NCBI RefSeq assembly: GCF_011386835.1
Contig: NC_088802.1
Span: 42,656,001-42,720,000 of the forward strand
Source of the DNA: Chrysemys picta bellii
Lineage: Eukaryota
Length of the DNA: 64,000 nucleotides
Reading direction: 5' to 3'
The stretch's first letter is position 1. Each line of letters opens with the position of its first letter. Below are positions 43,601-50,233 of this stretch, one piece after another. The notes beneath the pieces were generated by a model. That model was not told where the DNA came from, searched no databases, and saw only the letters and a program-made list of their open reading frames with translations. Both the position numbers and the translations under genes were made by a program.

Positions 43601-45936
43601 TGTTCTTCCGCTGAGCCAGGGGAGGCTCTGACCTGTCTATTGATTAGTCCAGTGGTGCTAACAATCCTGATCGCCATTCTTCTTCTGAATCCAAATGACT
43701 TGCTGCTCCTCTTCCCAAACTTCTTCAGGAGCCAGCCTGAGATACCAACTGCACGCATCACACTCAAAAAACGATCTTTCAGGCTTGCTTTCTTGGGAGG
43801 CTTTTGGCTGAGCCAGCCGGTTACTTTTCTAAATGCCGAAAGGGTGAAGCCCTTTTGCTTCAGTACTTGCTCTTTTTCAGCAGGTGCCTCTTCAACCACT
43901 TTCTCCTCCGCTATCTCTTCTCTTACTGCTAGAGTCTGACACGAAGCGTGTTTGACGTTTCCAATTACTTTCCCAATCTTCTCTCTCTTGTCAAGATGCT
44001 GCTTATCAACAGATAGGTTTTTAGTGCTAGAGGAGGAGCTTGAAACACTGGAGAGACTTAATCTTGGCTCTCCAAGATCCTTAGCTATATTGGAGTTCCT
44101 AAGTGCCTTATAGGTTTTTGTAGCACTCTTTTTAGAAGGGACCTTTTGAACCTTCTCCAGGTCAGAGCTAGTTTCTGCTGCCTTCTGGAAAGGACTCTGT
44201 TTACTTCTTGCCAACAGTTTGGCCTGGGTAACTTTATGATTGTTTTTCAGATTCAGGACAATCTGGGATTGCATAGTGAGAGGACTACACTTCTTTGCAA
44301 GTACAACCACTGAATCCACCCTCCTGTTGCTGTCTGAAGAAGAACTAACCTGATGTACGAGTTCTAACTCTTCACCTTGCTTTATTGTCTCAGGCTTCTG
44401 GGATTTCTTTTTTGGCATTTGCTGTGTGGGCCACGCAGGGCCATCTCTTGCCATTCTGCCGTTGTCATTCATATTCCCTTCCCAGCTGTTTCGCGGAGGG
44501 CCTTTGCTCAAGACCATATTAAGGAGCTTTGCTTTGACAGTGCTAGGCAGCGGTTTCCTTCTTGGTCTCTCTCGCTTGTTGTCATGGATTCCTTCAACCC
44601 CAGCCTCCTGGCTTTCAGATTTAGCTTGCTCATCTTCAGACATTTCTTCACTGTTGTCTTTTTCCTGGTTTTCCTGTTCTTCTTCATCACTCTCGTTTTC
44701 TCCCTTCACTGGGCATTTGACTTCATCCTCTGAAGCTCCTGCACTATAATCTTCTTCAGTGCTATCACTTAGAGTAGATTTTCTTTGCTTGGAGACTTTA
44801 TCCTGTTCCTTCATTTTCCCATCTGCCTCAGACTCTTCTGAGACAGTTTCTTCATCTTCAGATTCTTGCCTGTTGTCCATCATCTCCTGTTCTCTTTCAC
44901 TTTCCCTGGTTGCTTTGTTACTTCCATCATGAGACTCTTGGCAGCCTTTTCCTTTGGACGGAAGCCAATTTTCCTGTGTAGTTTTTTCCTCAATAGAGAG
45001 TTCTTCTTCCAAAGAGCTTCTCTTGTCTTTGCTGATTTGGGTGTTGTCATCATCAGTCTCTCTCTTTCTTCTTGCTTGGCTACGACTGGCTTCATCTCTA
45101 GAGCCAAAAGAAGACCCATCATCTGAGCTTTCCAGGCTCTTTCCTTCCTCACTTGCACTGGAAATAGTCCTGGCTGATTTTCTAACTTGTTTCTTCTTCT
45201 GTCCATCACCATCACCCCCACACTTCACTGCCTTAGATCTGAGCTCCAGACTGCCCTGGAGCTGGGAACCTGACTTTCTGATGGTGGTTGCTTTGGAGAC
45301 ATGCTTCTTATTGTATTTTTTCCCAGCACTGACACGACTATCAGTCTGAGGCAACTCGCGTTTTTGAGAGGACCCCTCAGTACTTCCCACTGTGAAGGAC
45401 TTTACAGACTCAGTCTCAATGGCCATTTCACTCACACTCAGGTGCTCTCTGCGCTTCCTTTTAAAAGTACGTTTCTTGCAGCCTTCAATGGCCTTTACCT
45501 CATTGCAAACACTGGCCTTGCTTCCTTGGCCTGATCTCAGATCCTGTTGCTTGGACCCTCTTACTTTTTTCTTCTCCTTGGACATTAATTGTTCTCCATG
45601 TTTTCCACCAGACCCAACTTCTCTTTTGTCCTTGCCCTTGGAGGTTCTCTCCCCTTTGGCTTGCTTTTTGTGACCATACTCTTTGCCTCCCTTAATCCTT
45701 GCCTCCCTCTGGCTCTTTGATGTGCTCTGTACAGATGTGACTAAAGGAACTGTCTCTTTTTCAGAAGAGGGTTCTTCAGATGTAGCTTGGACATTGCTCG
45801 TTTCTTTCCTCGGTCTCCCACCTTGGACCATGGAATCCTCAGAAGGGCTCTTTTTCTCACAGCCAGCAGCTCTCTCCTTACCATCTTTCTTTGCCCCAGC
45901 AGCTTTGTCCTGAGTCTTAGATCTGGAGGGTGCCAT
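296..45936 (-). CDS. MYO15B: Unconventional myosin XVB, multi-exon CDS (5' part; gene runs off the left edge)
   Basis: 28 exons with GT-AG sites and consistent phases. They encode myosin motor motifs ([33 protein letters not shown]), IQ motifs and MyTH4, with exon boundaries like class XV myosins. The GHSGSGKT P-loop is the form I recall for MYO15B rather than MYO15A. Confidence 0.9.
561..796 (-). CDS. MYO15B: MYO15B exon, MyTH4 ([10 protein letters not shown]...EKPLLK)
   Basis: cttttag|ATC acceptor, AA|gtaagg donor, 236 nt, phase 0 to 2. Confidence 0.9.
995..1200 (+). mobile_element. MIR/CORE-type SINE
   Basis: gactgggagccaggactcctg...ctgtgtggtcttgggtgagtcac core. Confidence 0.6.
3565..3660 (-). 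CDS. MYO15B: MYO15B exon ([32 protein letters not shown])
   Basis: cctcctag acceptor, gtgagt donor, 96 nt, phase 0-0. Confidence 0.88.
4329..4459 (-). CDS. MYO15B: MYO15B exon ([12 protein letters not shown]...FMRSHFQ)
   Basis: long (ct)n tract + acag acceptor, gtagga donor, 131 nt, phase 1 to 0. Confidence 0.88.
4500..4740. repeat. Degenerate C/A-rich minisatellite (ccccacaccatc-like unit)
   Basis: Three to four recurrences of cccacaccatc. Confidence 0.6.
5800..6050 (-). mobile_element. MIR/CORE-type SINE
   Basis: Reverse CORE (tgacttgcccac) plus tail. Confidence 0.55.
6241..6298 (-). CDS. MYO15B: MYO15B exon ([19 protein letters not shown])
   Basis: ctcctcag acceptor, gtaaga donor, 58 nt; LEIPAELA resembles the myosin XV post-neck motif. 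Confidence 0.88.
6941..7194. mobile_element. PIF/Harbinger-type MITE
   Basis: GGGTATGTCTACACTGCA / TGCAGTGTAGACAGACC ends with internal inverted repeats. Confidence 0.72.
7748..7930 (-). mobile_element. Tortoise PolIII/SINE (tRNA-derived head, CR1-type 3' tail)
   Basis: Minus strand GGGAGGGATAGCTCAGTGGTTTGAGC...GAGTTCAATCC head and GGACTAGATGACC...ATTCTATG tail. Confidence 0.85.
7969..8658. mobile_element. Non-autonomous hAT element, 690 bp
   Basis: TIR CAGGGCCGTCCTTAGG (15/16 match); 8-bp TSD CCTGCTGC/CCTGCCGC. Confidence 0.8.
10429..10502 (-). CDS. MYO15B: Candidate MYO15B linker exon ([24 protein letters not shown])
   Basis: cccttcccatctag acceptor, CAG|gtgagt donor, 74 nt. Fits the frame only if preceded by a phase 0-to-1 exon. 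Confidence 0.5.
11745..11787 (-). CDS. MYO15B: Candidate small MYO15B linker exon ([14 protein letters not shown])
   Basis: ttctcag acceptor, weak CAG|gtctca donor, 43 nt, phase 0 to 1; would restore frame into 10429-10502. Confidence 0.25.
12764..12857 (-). CDS. MYO15B: MYO15B exon, neck ([14 protein letters not shown]...RKRCQ)
   Basis: ctctcag acceptor, gtaata donor, 94 nt, phase 2 to 0. Confidence 0.85.
13690..13840 (-). mobile_element. tRNA-related SINE-like family (unnamed); further copies at about 11205-11345 (-), 18712-18835 (+), 29845-30010 (-), 38490-38560 (-)
   Basis: Shared TAGCTCAAGCTGTAGCAGC A-box-like and GGTTCAATCC B-box-like segments. Confidence 0.55.
14185..14360 (-). CDS. 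MYO15B: MYO15B exon, converter end + IQ1/IQ2 ([12 protein letters not shown]...[11 protein letters not shown])
   Basis: ctgcctag acceptor, AG|gtcaga donor, 176 nt; LQRNLRG and IQAHFRG IQ motifs. Confidence 0.92.
14970..15087 (-). CDS. MYO15B: MYO15B exon, converter (YGALTGQ...YQIGVTK)
   Basis: ctttcag acceptor, weak AAG|gtggtg donor, 118 nt, phase 2 to 0. Confidence 0.88.
15722..15842. mobile_element. Mini hAT MITE inserted in a MIR
   Basis: TIR TAAGGTTGCCAAT; perfect TSD CTCTGATA; internal 22-bp palindrome. Confidence 0.8.
16017..16141 (-). CDS. MYO15B: MYO15B exon, SH2/SH1 helices ([31 protein letters not shown]...)
   Basis: cacag acceptor, AG|gtactt donor, 125 nt. Confidence 0.92.
16648..16693 (-). 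CDS. MYO15B: MYO15B exon ([15 protein letters not shown])
   Basis: cctgcag acceptor, gtaaga donor, 46 nt, phase 2 to 0. Confidence 0.92.
16984..17132 (-). CDS. MYO15B: MYO15B exon, loop 2 region ([10 protein letters not shown]...DLTAKLR)
   Basis: cctttccag acceptor, gtgagc donor, 149 nt. Confidence 0.9.
17845..17922 (-). CDS. MYO15B: MYO15B exon ([26 protein letters not shown])
   Basis: 78 nt, phase 0-0, cacag acceptor, gtacag donor. Confidence 0.92.
18200..18325 (-). CDS. MYO15B: MYO15B exon ([15 protein letters not shown]...HYAGPVTYQ)
   Basis: 126 nt, phase 0-0, gtaagc donor. Confidence 0.93.
18501..18681 (-). mobile_element. Tortoise PolIII/SINE, second copy
   Basis: Same head and tail; internal duplication cctaagtggc x2. 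Confidence 0.85.
19346..19477 (-). CDS. MYO15B: MYO15B exon ([10 protein letters not shown]...[14 protein letters not shown])
   Basis: 132 nt, phase 0-0, gttaag donor. Confidence 0.92.
20069..20164 (-). CDS. MYO15B: MYO15B exon, relay helix ([20 protein letters not shown]...)
   Basis: 96 nt, phase 0-0, gtaaaa donor. Confidence 0.92.
21538..21567. repeat. (CA)/(CG) microsatellite
   Basis: gcacacgcgcgcgcacacacacacacaca. Confidence 0.85.
21783..21906 (-). CDS. MYO15B: MYO15B exon, switch II (DAIAKALY...DIYGFE)
   Basis: 124 nt, phase 2 to 0, gtgact donor. Confidence 0.93.
22006..22064 (-). CDS. MYO15B: MYO15B exon ([20 protein letters not shown])
   Basis: 59 nt, phase 0 to 2, gtaact donor. 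Confidence 0.92.
22513..22656. mobile_element. hAT MITE
   Basis: TIR TAGGGTGACCAGA; perfect TSD GTGCCAGG. Confidence 0.82.
23362..23475 (-). CDS. MYO15B: MYO15B exon ([22 protein letters not shown]...THRVT)
   Basis: 114 nt, phase 0-0, gtgagt donor. Confidence 0.9.
23823..23984 (-). CDS. MYO15B: MYO15B exon ([12 protein letters not shown]...[10 protein letters not shown])
   Basis: 162 nt, phase 0-0, gtatgt donor. Confidence 0.92.
24198..24430. mobile_element. GC-rich hAT-like MITE; inverted sister copy at about 36815-37023
   Basis: CAGGGGTGCCGGAA end; shared cttttagggcacttccacc segment; no TSD found. Confidence 0.45.
24679..24707 (+). promoter_or_regulatory. CTCF-like site with upstream module
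   Basis: CTGCAAT-ctaac-GCCACCAGAGGGAGCTC matches the CCACCAGRGGGCGC core plus the TGCAG/TGCAA upstream motif. Confidence 0.55.
25301..25880. mobile_element. Young GC-rich hAT MITE with internal minisatellites
   Basis: TIR TAGGGTTACCAT; perfect TSD GATAAGAG. Confidence 0.88.
25908..26047 (-). mobile_element. CR1 LINE 3'-end fragment
   Basis: atagaatcata...ggaagggacc...agtccag CR1 tail. Confidence 0.7.
26167..26438. mobile_element. PIF/Harbinger-type MITE
   Basis: GGCTATGTCTACAC / GTAGACCTGGCC ends; TAA/TTA flanks. Confidence 0.7.
26530..26750 (+). mobile_element. MIR/CORE-type SINE
   Basis: tgaccttgggcaagtc core. Confidence 0.55.
27002..27264. mobile_element. hAT-Charlie-type MITE; left-end fragment of the same family at about 33589-33697
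   Basis: CAGGGCTTCTCAAAC...GTTTGAGAATCGTTG ends. Confidence 0.65.
27528..27709. mobile_element. PIF/Harbinger-type MITE
   Basis: GGGCTGGTCTACA / CGTAGACAAAGTC ends. Confidence 0.55.
27707..27903 (-). mobile_element. CR1 LINE 3'-end fragment
   Basis: catagaatcatag...gaagggaccattatgatc-tagtctgacc tail. Confidence 0.75.
28775..28888 (-). CDS. MYO15B: MYO15B exon ([14 protein letters not shown]...YFYLNQ)
   Basis: 114 nt, phase 0-0; ERNYH motif. Confidence 0.93.
29381..29504. mobile_element. Mini hAT MITE (same family as 15722-15842, opposite orientation)
   Basis: TIR TATGGTTGCCA/TGGCAACCCTA; aligns by eye to the reverse complement of 15722-15842. Confidence 0.75.
30048..31892. mobile_element. 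Fold-back hAT element with decayed transposase C-terminus (ZBED1/Ac-like dimerisation domain)
   Basis: TAGGGTTGTC/GACAGCCCTT ends; TSD GTTAATAT/GTTAATAC; ATALDPRFK (ORF 30912-31280) and PLEWW...PATTVP* remnants. Confidence 0.85.
30216..30404. mobile_element. Tc1/mariner-type MITE nested in the fold-back hAT
   Basis: TA TSD; TIR CACCTCTACC..ATATAACG. Confidence 0.82.
32656..32719 (-). CDS. MYO15B: MYO15B exon ([21 protein letters not shown])
   Basis: 64 nt, phase 2 to 0; YLLEKSR motif. Confidence 0.93.
33855..34086 (+). mobile_element. MIR/CORE-type SINE with tail
   Basis: ggactgggagtcaggagacctgggttc...gtgacttgggcaagtc...ctgtaagctctttggg; a tail-only copy lies at about 33135-33310. Confidence 0.65.
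34372..34475 (-). CDS. MYO15B: MYO15B exon, switch I ([27 protein letters not shown]...)
   Basis: 104 nt, phase 0 to 2, gtgagt donor. Confidence 0.94.
35165..35205. repeat. Perfect 15-bp inverted repeat carrying two TCACGTGAC E-box/CLEAR motifs
   Basis: TCACGTGACCTGAAT-11 nt-ATTCAGGTCACGTGA. Confidence 0.85.
35644..35981. mobile_element. GC-rich hAT-like MITE
   Basis: caggcaccgac...agtgcctgtg ends; no TSD seen. Confidence 0.45.
36015..36111 (-). CDS. MYO15B: MYO15B exon, P-loop ([18 protein letters not shown]...)
   Basis: 97 nt, phase 2 to 0, gtaagg donor. Confidence 0.93.
37160..37790 (-). mobile_element. Old CR1 LINE 3' fragment
   Basis: gaacataggaa..gccagactggatcaga tail followed by degenerate CR1-like sequence. 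Confidence 0.55.
37848..37922 (-). CDS. MYO15B: MYO15B exon ([24 protein letters not shown])
   Basis: 75 nt, phase 2-2. Confidence 0.92.
39380..39489 (-). CDS. MYO15B: MYO15B exon ([14 protein letters not shown]...SKNAP)
   Basis: 110 nt, phase 0 to 2, gtatgt donor. Confidence 0.93.
40078..40171 (-). mobile_element. Penelope-like element terminal fragment with a minimal hammerhead motif (40130-40169)
   Basis: Same 90-nt sequence as the 46.6 kb and 49.1 kb inserts. Confidence 0.75.
40631..40666. repeat. (AC)18 microsatellite
   Basis: Direct reading. Confidence 0.95.
41113..41176 (-). CDS. MYO15B: MYO15B exon ([21 protein letters not shown])
   Basis: 64 nt, phase 2 to 0. Confidence 0.92.
41915..42075 (+). 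mobile_element. MIR/CORE-type SINE
   Basis: gggcctcagtttccc-atctgtaaaatg core. Confidence 0.55.
42487..42548 (-). CDS. MYO15B: MYO15B exon ([21 protein letters not shown])
   Basis: 62 nt, phase 0 to 2, gtaagt donor; EDL..LE start of motor domain. Confidence 0.9.
42631..45936 (-). CDS. MYO15B: MYO15B first coding exon, 1102-codon N-terminal extension
   Basis: Open for 3306 nt from ATG 45936; in-frame TGA just inside the acceptor at 45979; phase-0 donor CAG|gtatat joins the VYLDEN exon. Confidence 0.88.
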
Positions 45937-46466
45937 CACGCCAGTATTCAGAAGTCCATCATCATTTATTGAAGTTCACCTACAAAAAGAAACACATGCG
46001 GCTTCTACTGTACAACTTTGCAACTGCTGCTGATACAAATAGACAAGTGAAGAGGCTGGATCCTGCATAACCATAATCATGTGACTTCTACAGGATTTAC
46101 TCACACATCTATTAGACTGAAGAACCATAATGCTGAGGGGCATTAGTTGTCACTGTTTAAATCACTCAGTATATCCTCTATTTGGTTTTCTCATTAATCC
46201 GCCTCAGATTTGGGACATAGACTCCTTTTCCTGAACCCCACCACTTACAAACAACTACAACAATTTTCAGCTTCAAGATCTAGTATGCCTAATCCATACA
46301 TAGGCCTGATCATTGTGCATGGTTAATAAAGCTTAGAGGTAGCATCGTGTTATGGCTAAAGCAAGAAGGGCCATTTTATTTTTATTTTTCCTTCTCCATT
46401 AACCCTCTGTGCAGAATACATCGTATTAACTACATCAGAGGAATGAAAGGTGAATGGAGAACTCAC

Positions 46467-46575
46467 CTTCCCAGGTGACCATGTACCAGAATGAGCCGCA
46501 CTTTGGTTTTTGGGCTGAAAATATAGGATCCACTTGGTCCTACTGTGGAAAACTACAAGAACTGAAACTGAAGCG
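46467..46575 (-). other. Candidate 5'-UTR exon of MYO15B
   Basis: ttttatctctgttttgcaag acceptor and strong AAG|gtgagt donor, about 490 nt upstream of the large exon acceptor. Confidence 0.4.
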
Positions 46576-46626
46576 CTTGCAAAACAGAGATAAAATGTAT
46601 CTGACCCAACCTCTATAAACCAAGTT

Positions 46627-47114
46627 TCAGAGTAGCAGCCGTGTTAGTCTGTATCCGCAAAAAGAACAGGAGTACTTGTGGCACCTTAGAGACTAACAAA
46701 TTTATTAGAGCATAAGCTTTCGTGGACTACAGCCCACTTCTTCGGATGCATATAGAGTGAAACATATATTGAGGAGATATATATACACATTGTGTGTATA
46801 TATATCTTGATACACATTGTGTGTATATATATCTCCTCAATATATGTTTCACTCTATATGCATCCGAAGAAGTGGGCTGTAGTCCACGAAAGCTTAGAGA
46901 AAGTTAGTCTCTAAGGTGCCACAAGTACTCCTGTTCTTTTTGCGGATACAGACTAACACGGCTGTAATACGATGTATTCTGCACAATGTGTATATATATC
47001 TCCTCAATATATGTTTCACTCTATATGCATCTGAAGAAGTGGGCTGTAGCCCACGAAAGCTTATGCTCTAATAAATTTGTTAGTCTCTAAGGTGCCACAA
47101 GTACTCCTGTTCTT
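46627..47114. mobile_element. Penelope-like insertion: inverted + tandem terminal repeats, three hammerhead motifs
   Basis: 15-bp TSD TCTATAAACCAAGTT (46612-46626, 47115-47129); ~170-bp inverted arms. Confidence 0.82.
47027..47066 (+). ncRNA. Minimal type I hammerhead ribozyme motif
   Basis: GCAU-CUGAAGA-A-GUGGG(cuguag)CCCAC-GAAA-GC-UU-AUGC: stem I GCAU/AUGC, 5-bp stem II, palindromic AAGCUU stem III. Activity untested. Confidence 0.7.
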
Positions 47115-48169
47115 TCTATAAACCAAGTTGATATGAAGTGCCAGATTGTCTGCCCAAAATATAGGTACAGTTTTTATGTTTTATAATTTGCTATTATTCT
47201 TCCCCCTTTTGTTCCAACATTTCTTTGTTAATGGGTAAACAGCAGCTGGGTAAATAATAGTTAAGGGTAACTAATGGCGTGGGTAAATAGTAGTAACTTG
47301 TGCAGCAGTTTTCAGTTTTATTTTCTGCAGTGGAACAGAGACACAATATCTAATGGATCAGGCTCAAGATTTGACTTACCCCAGAACCAGAGATTAGCCT
47401 GAGCTGCAACAATTTGGATCCAGAACCAAACTTTCACAGCCAAGATTAAGTCTGTCCTGGCTGGCTCAGTTGGAGTCTTATTAGAGAGAAGGTATAAAAG
47501 GGAAATAGGTAGAAGACATAAGGTAGGGGAGGAAATTGACACACTAGCGAGCGGGGAGGAGGGGAATAGCGGATTGCTCAGATCACAGCCATGGAAGAGC
47601 TGATGCCGCCTGGTTCCCTCTCATTGTCTGGCCTGGTCAGAACATCTTTCAGGAGCAGAAAAAATAAATCCCAATGGTTGCAATATACGTTCGGAAGTCC
47701 CAACATACAAACAGTGAGGCCCATGGTGCCCCTTGCCACACTCGATCAAGTTGCTAAGTACTCTCCAGGAAAGCCATATCCAAAAGTGGGGGCAGCCTGG
47801 CCCCATCAAAAGTGATAAATTAAAACAAGTTTCCAATGGCCTATATGCCCAGTTCCTTTCATCTAGTACATTCAGGTTGTAAAGAATGTAAACTAATATG
47901 TGGATTTGCCCAGACTCCTCTGTCTGCTGGAGAATCTCATCTCTCCCCTTTTCAGTTATGAAGACCCTTTACTCTCCAATTCAATCTGCTGTTGCCAAAC
48001 AGAGGAAAATACCACCTGGGCTCCAGACTCCAGCCCTATTAATTCCCTCCTTCCCATTTGTCTTAAGGAGGCGTTAATGGCCAAGCCTGGTTTTAATCCT
48101 CCATGCTAAACGCTCCAAGGCAGCCAGATAAGACCAAAAACCATTCAGCTAACTAAGGACATAACTAGG

Positions 48170-48340
48170 AAGAACCTGGTAGAAGGGAGGAAGGGAAAAT
48201 TGAGGGTGAATATCAGAGAAAATGTCTAGCAGTGAGATCTACCATGCTGTGGCATTGTCTCCAAAGAGCCCCATGGCTTGGGACATTTAAAACTAGTTTA
48301 CATAAAGCAGTAGGGCATGATGTGTGCAGAACAATCCAGC
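48170..48340 (+). mobile_element. Old CR1 fragment
   Basis: Degenerate match to the CR1 3' region (aggctgaatatcagg-like). Confidence 0.4.
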
Positions 48341-48628
48341 AATCAGCGGATGGAGACGATCATATACATTTTTCTCTCTCTGTAATTAACTTCTCTTCTC
48401 TGCCCTGGCCTCCACCAGTCAGTCTCCTCCCTCTTTGTTCTCAGAGACAGTCTTTAATGGCTCAGTAGATTTGTGCAGGGGGAAGGGAAACTTCTGCTGA
48501 TAAGTTTCCTGCAAACTTCTAAACAAAGACCTATGCCTCAGGAGTCTGGAGTTAACCCTCAGCTTCACTCAAGCCCCACAGAGCTGTTTGCTAAGAGCTT
48601 GCATGGATTGTCTGGGGAGCCTCTACAT

Positions 48629-48787
48629 CAGTGGTTCTCAATCTATGAACCATTGTGGGCCACATTTGCAGCTGTCTGTGTGTTGTGTGGGCTGCCTCCA
48701 CACAATATAGATACTACCTGTATGGCCCTGAGGATGTCACATGGGCCGCAGCTGCGTGTTGATTGGGCCCCAGGTTGAGAACCACTG
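48629..48787. mobile_element. hAT-Charlie-type MITE
   Basis: TIR CAGTGGTTCTCAA; TSD CTCTACAT/CTCTGCAT. Confidence 0.82.
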
Positions 48788-49072
48788 CTCTGCATTAAGT
48801 GCATTGCTGGGAAATCAATTACATGAACAGCTGGTTGTTTCACTTGTCCTTAGGTCCCACATAGCAGCACTTGGTTTTGGTATTTCCACACACAAATGTC
48901 CCTGACAACCATGGCTGTACCATTGCATTCTGAGACTCTGAAGCACCTATCCCATAATAGCCAATATTCTTGCAGGACACAGGGGCTTTGGGGTGATTCC
49001 CAAGGCACCTCACTGTGGGATAGAGTTAGGAAGACTAGCTGCACTCAATACAGAGGCAGCACTGTTCCAGTA

Positions 49073-49300
49073 AAAAGAACAGGAGTACTTGTGGCACCTT
49101 AGAGACTAACAAATTTATTAGAGCATAAGCTTTCGTGAACTACAGCCCACTTCTTCGGATGTAGAAGTGATATATGCATCCGAAGAAGTGGGCTGTAGTC
49201 CACGAAAGCTTATGCTCTAATAAATTTGTTAGTCTCTAAGGTGCCACAAGTACTCCTGTTCTTTTTGCGGATACAGACTAACACGGCTGCTACTCTGAAA
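49073..49300. mobile_element. Palindromic Penelope-like insertion with hammerhead motifs on both strands
   Basis: 12-bp TSD ACTGTTCCAGTA; ~90-bp inverted arms; + strand motif at 49176-49215. Confidence 0.82.
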
Positions 49301-49515
49301 ACTGTTCCAGTAGTTTCCTTTCTTTGCCAGGAAGAAAACGTACAGGATGGTACTGGTTCAGCCAGACCCGAGTTAAAAGCCTGAACCAGCGGATCAAATT
49401 CAGTGATGAATCCAGGTCATGTGTCACCTGACTCACATTGTTGTATACGCTAAGAAGAGTGCTTGGGATGAGTCAGTGTAACCTGTGTTTCTAACACACC
49501 TGGGATGGCAGTCGC

Positions 49516-49932
49516 CAGCGGCAGCTCCAGTCACCAGTGCTCCAAGCGCGTGCCTGGGGCAGCAAGCCGCTGGGGGCACCCTGCCGGTCCCTGCGAGGAT
49601 GGCAGTCAGGCAGCCTTCGGTGGCATGCCTGCGGGAGGTCCGCCGGTCCCATGGATTTGGCGGCAATTTGGCAGCAGGTACGCCGAAGCCGCGGGACCAG
49701 GGACATCCCGCAGGCATGCCGCCAAATCCGCAGGACCGGGGACCTCCCGCAGGCATGCCACCAAATCCACGGGACCGGGGACCTCCCGCAGGCATGCCGC
49801 CAAATCCGCGGGACCGGGGACCTCCCGCAGGCATGCCGCCAAATCCGCAGGACCGGGGACCTCCCGCAGGCATGCCTCTGAAGGCAGCCTGCCTGCCATG
49901 CTTGGGGCGGCAAAAAGCTAGAGCCGCCCCTG
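49516..49932. mobile_element. GC-rich hAT MITE with a 39-bp internal tandem repeat
   Basis: CAGGGGCGGCTC-type ends; TSD GCAGTCGC/ACAGTCGC. Confidence 0.82.
49693..49876. repeat. 39-bp tandem repeat, about 4.7 copies
   Basis: Unit GGGACCGGGGACCTCCCGCAGGCATGCCGCCAAATCCGC. Confidence 0.9.
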
Positions 49933-50233
49933 ACAGTCGCAAGGAGCTGTACAGACTTTGCAAGCTCACGGGGTTCCAACCAATGCTTTGTTGCCTTTTC
50001 CAGCTAATTCAGGGCCTGCCCTCACACCAGGGCCGGGATGTGGGGAAGAGATGGCAAAACAAGATGAGTCAGCACCAAGCTCATCATTTTTAATCTTTGG
50101 GGCTACCAGAAAACCTATGGTGGGGAAGAAGGAAATGGGGAACTGTTATTTAATTAGCCAAGGCAGCTTGGCTAACTAAATCCATCCACTGCTCCAGAAG
50201 CTTCAATTAATTGCTTGTTGTTCTGCAGACTAA

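Noticed and set aside
43640-45972. Plus-strand ORFs (e.g. 44377-44733, 44954-45349) and off-frame minus ORFs in the giant exon
   Set aside because: Shadow ORFs caused by the purine-rich, low-complexity coding strand of MYO15B
49433-50093. Repetitive ORFs (GPPAGMPPNPRDR)n and the array as a possible CRISPR
   Set aside because: Head-to-tail 39-bp units with no unique spacers, inside a hAT MITE of a vertebrate genome
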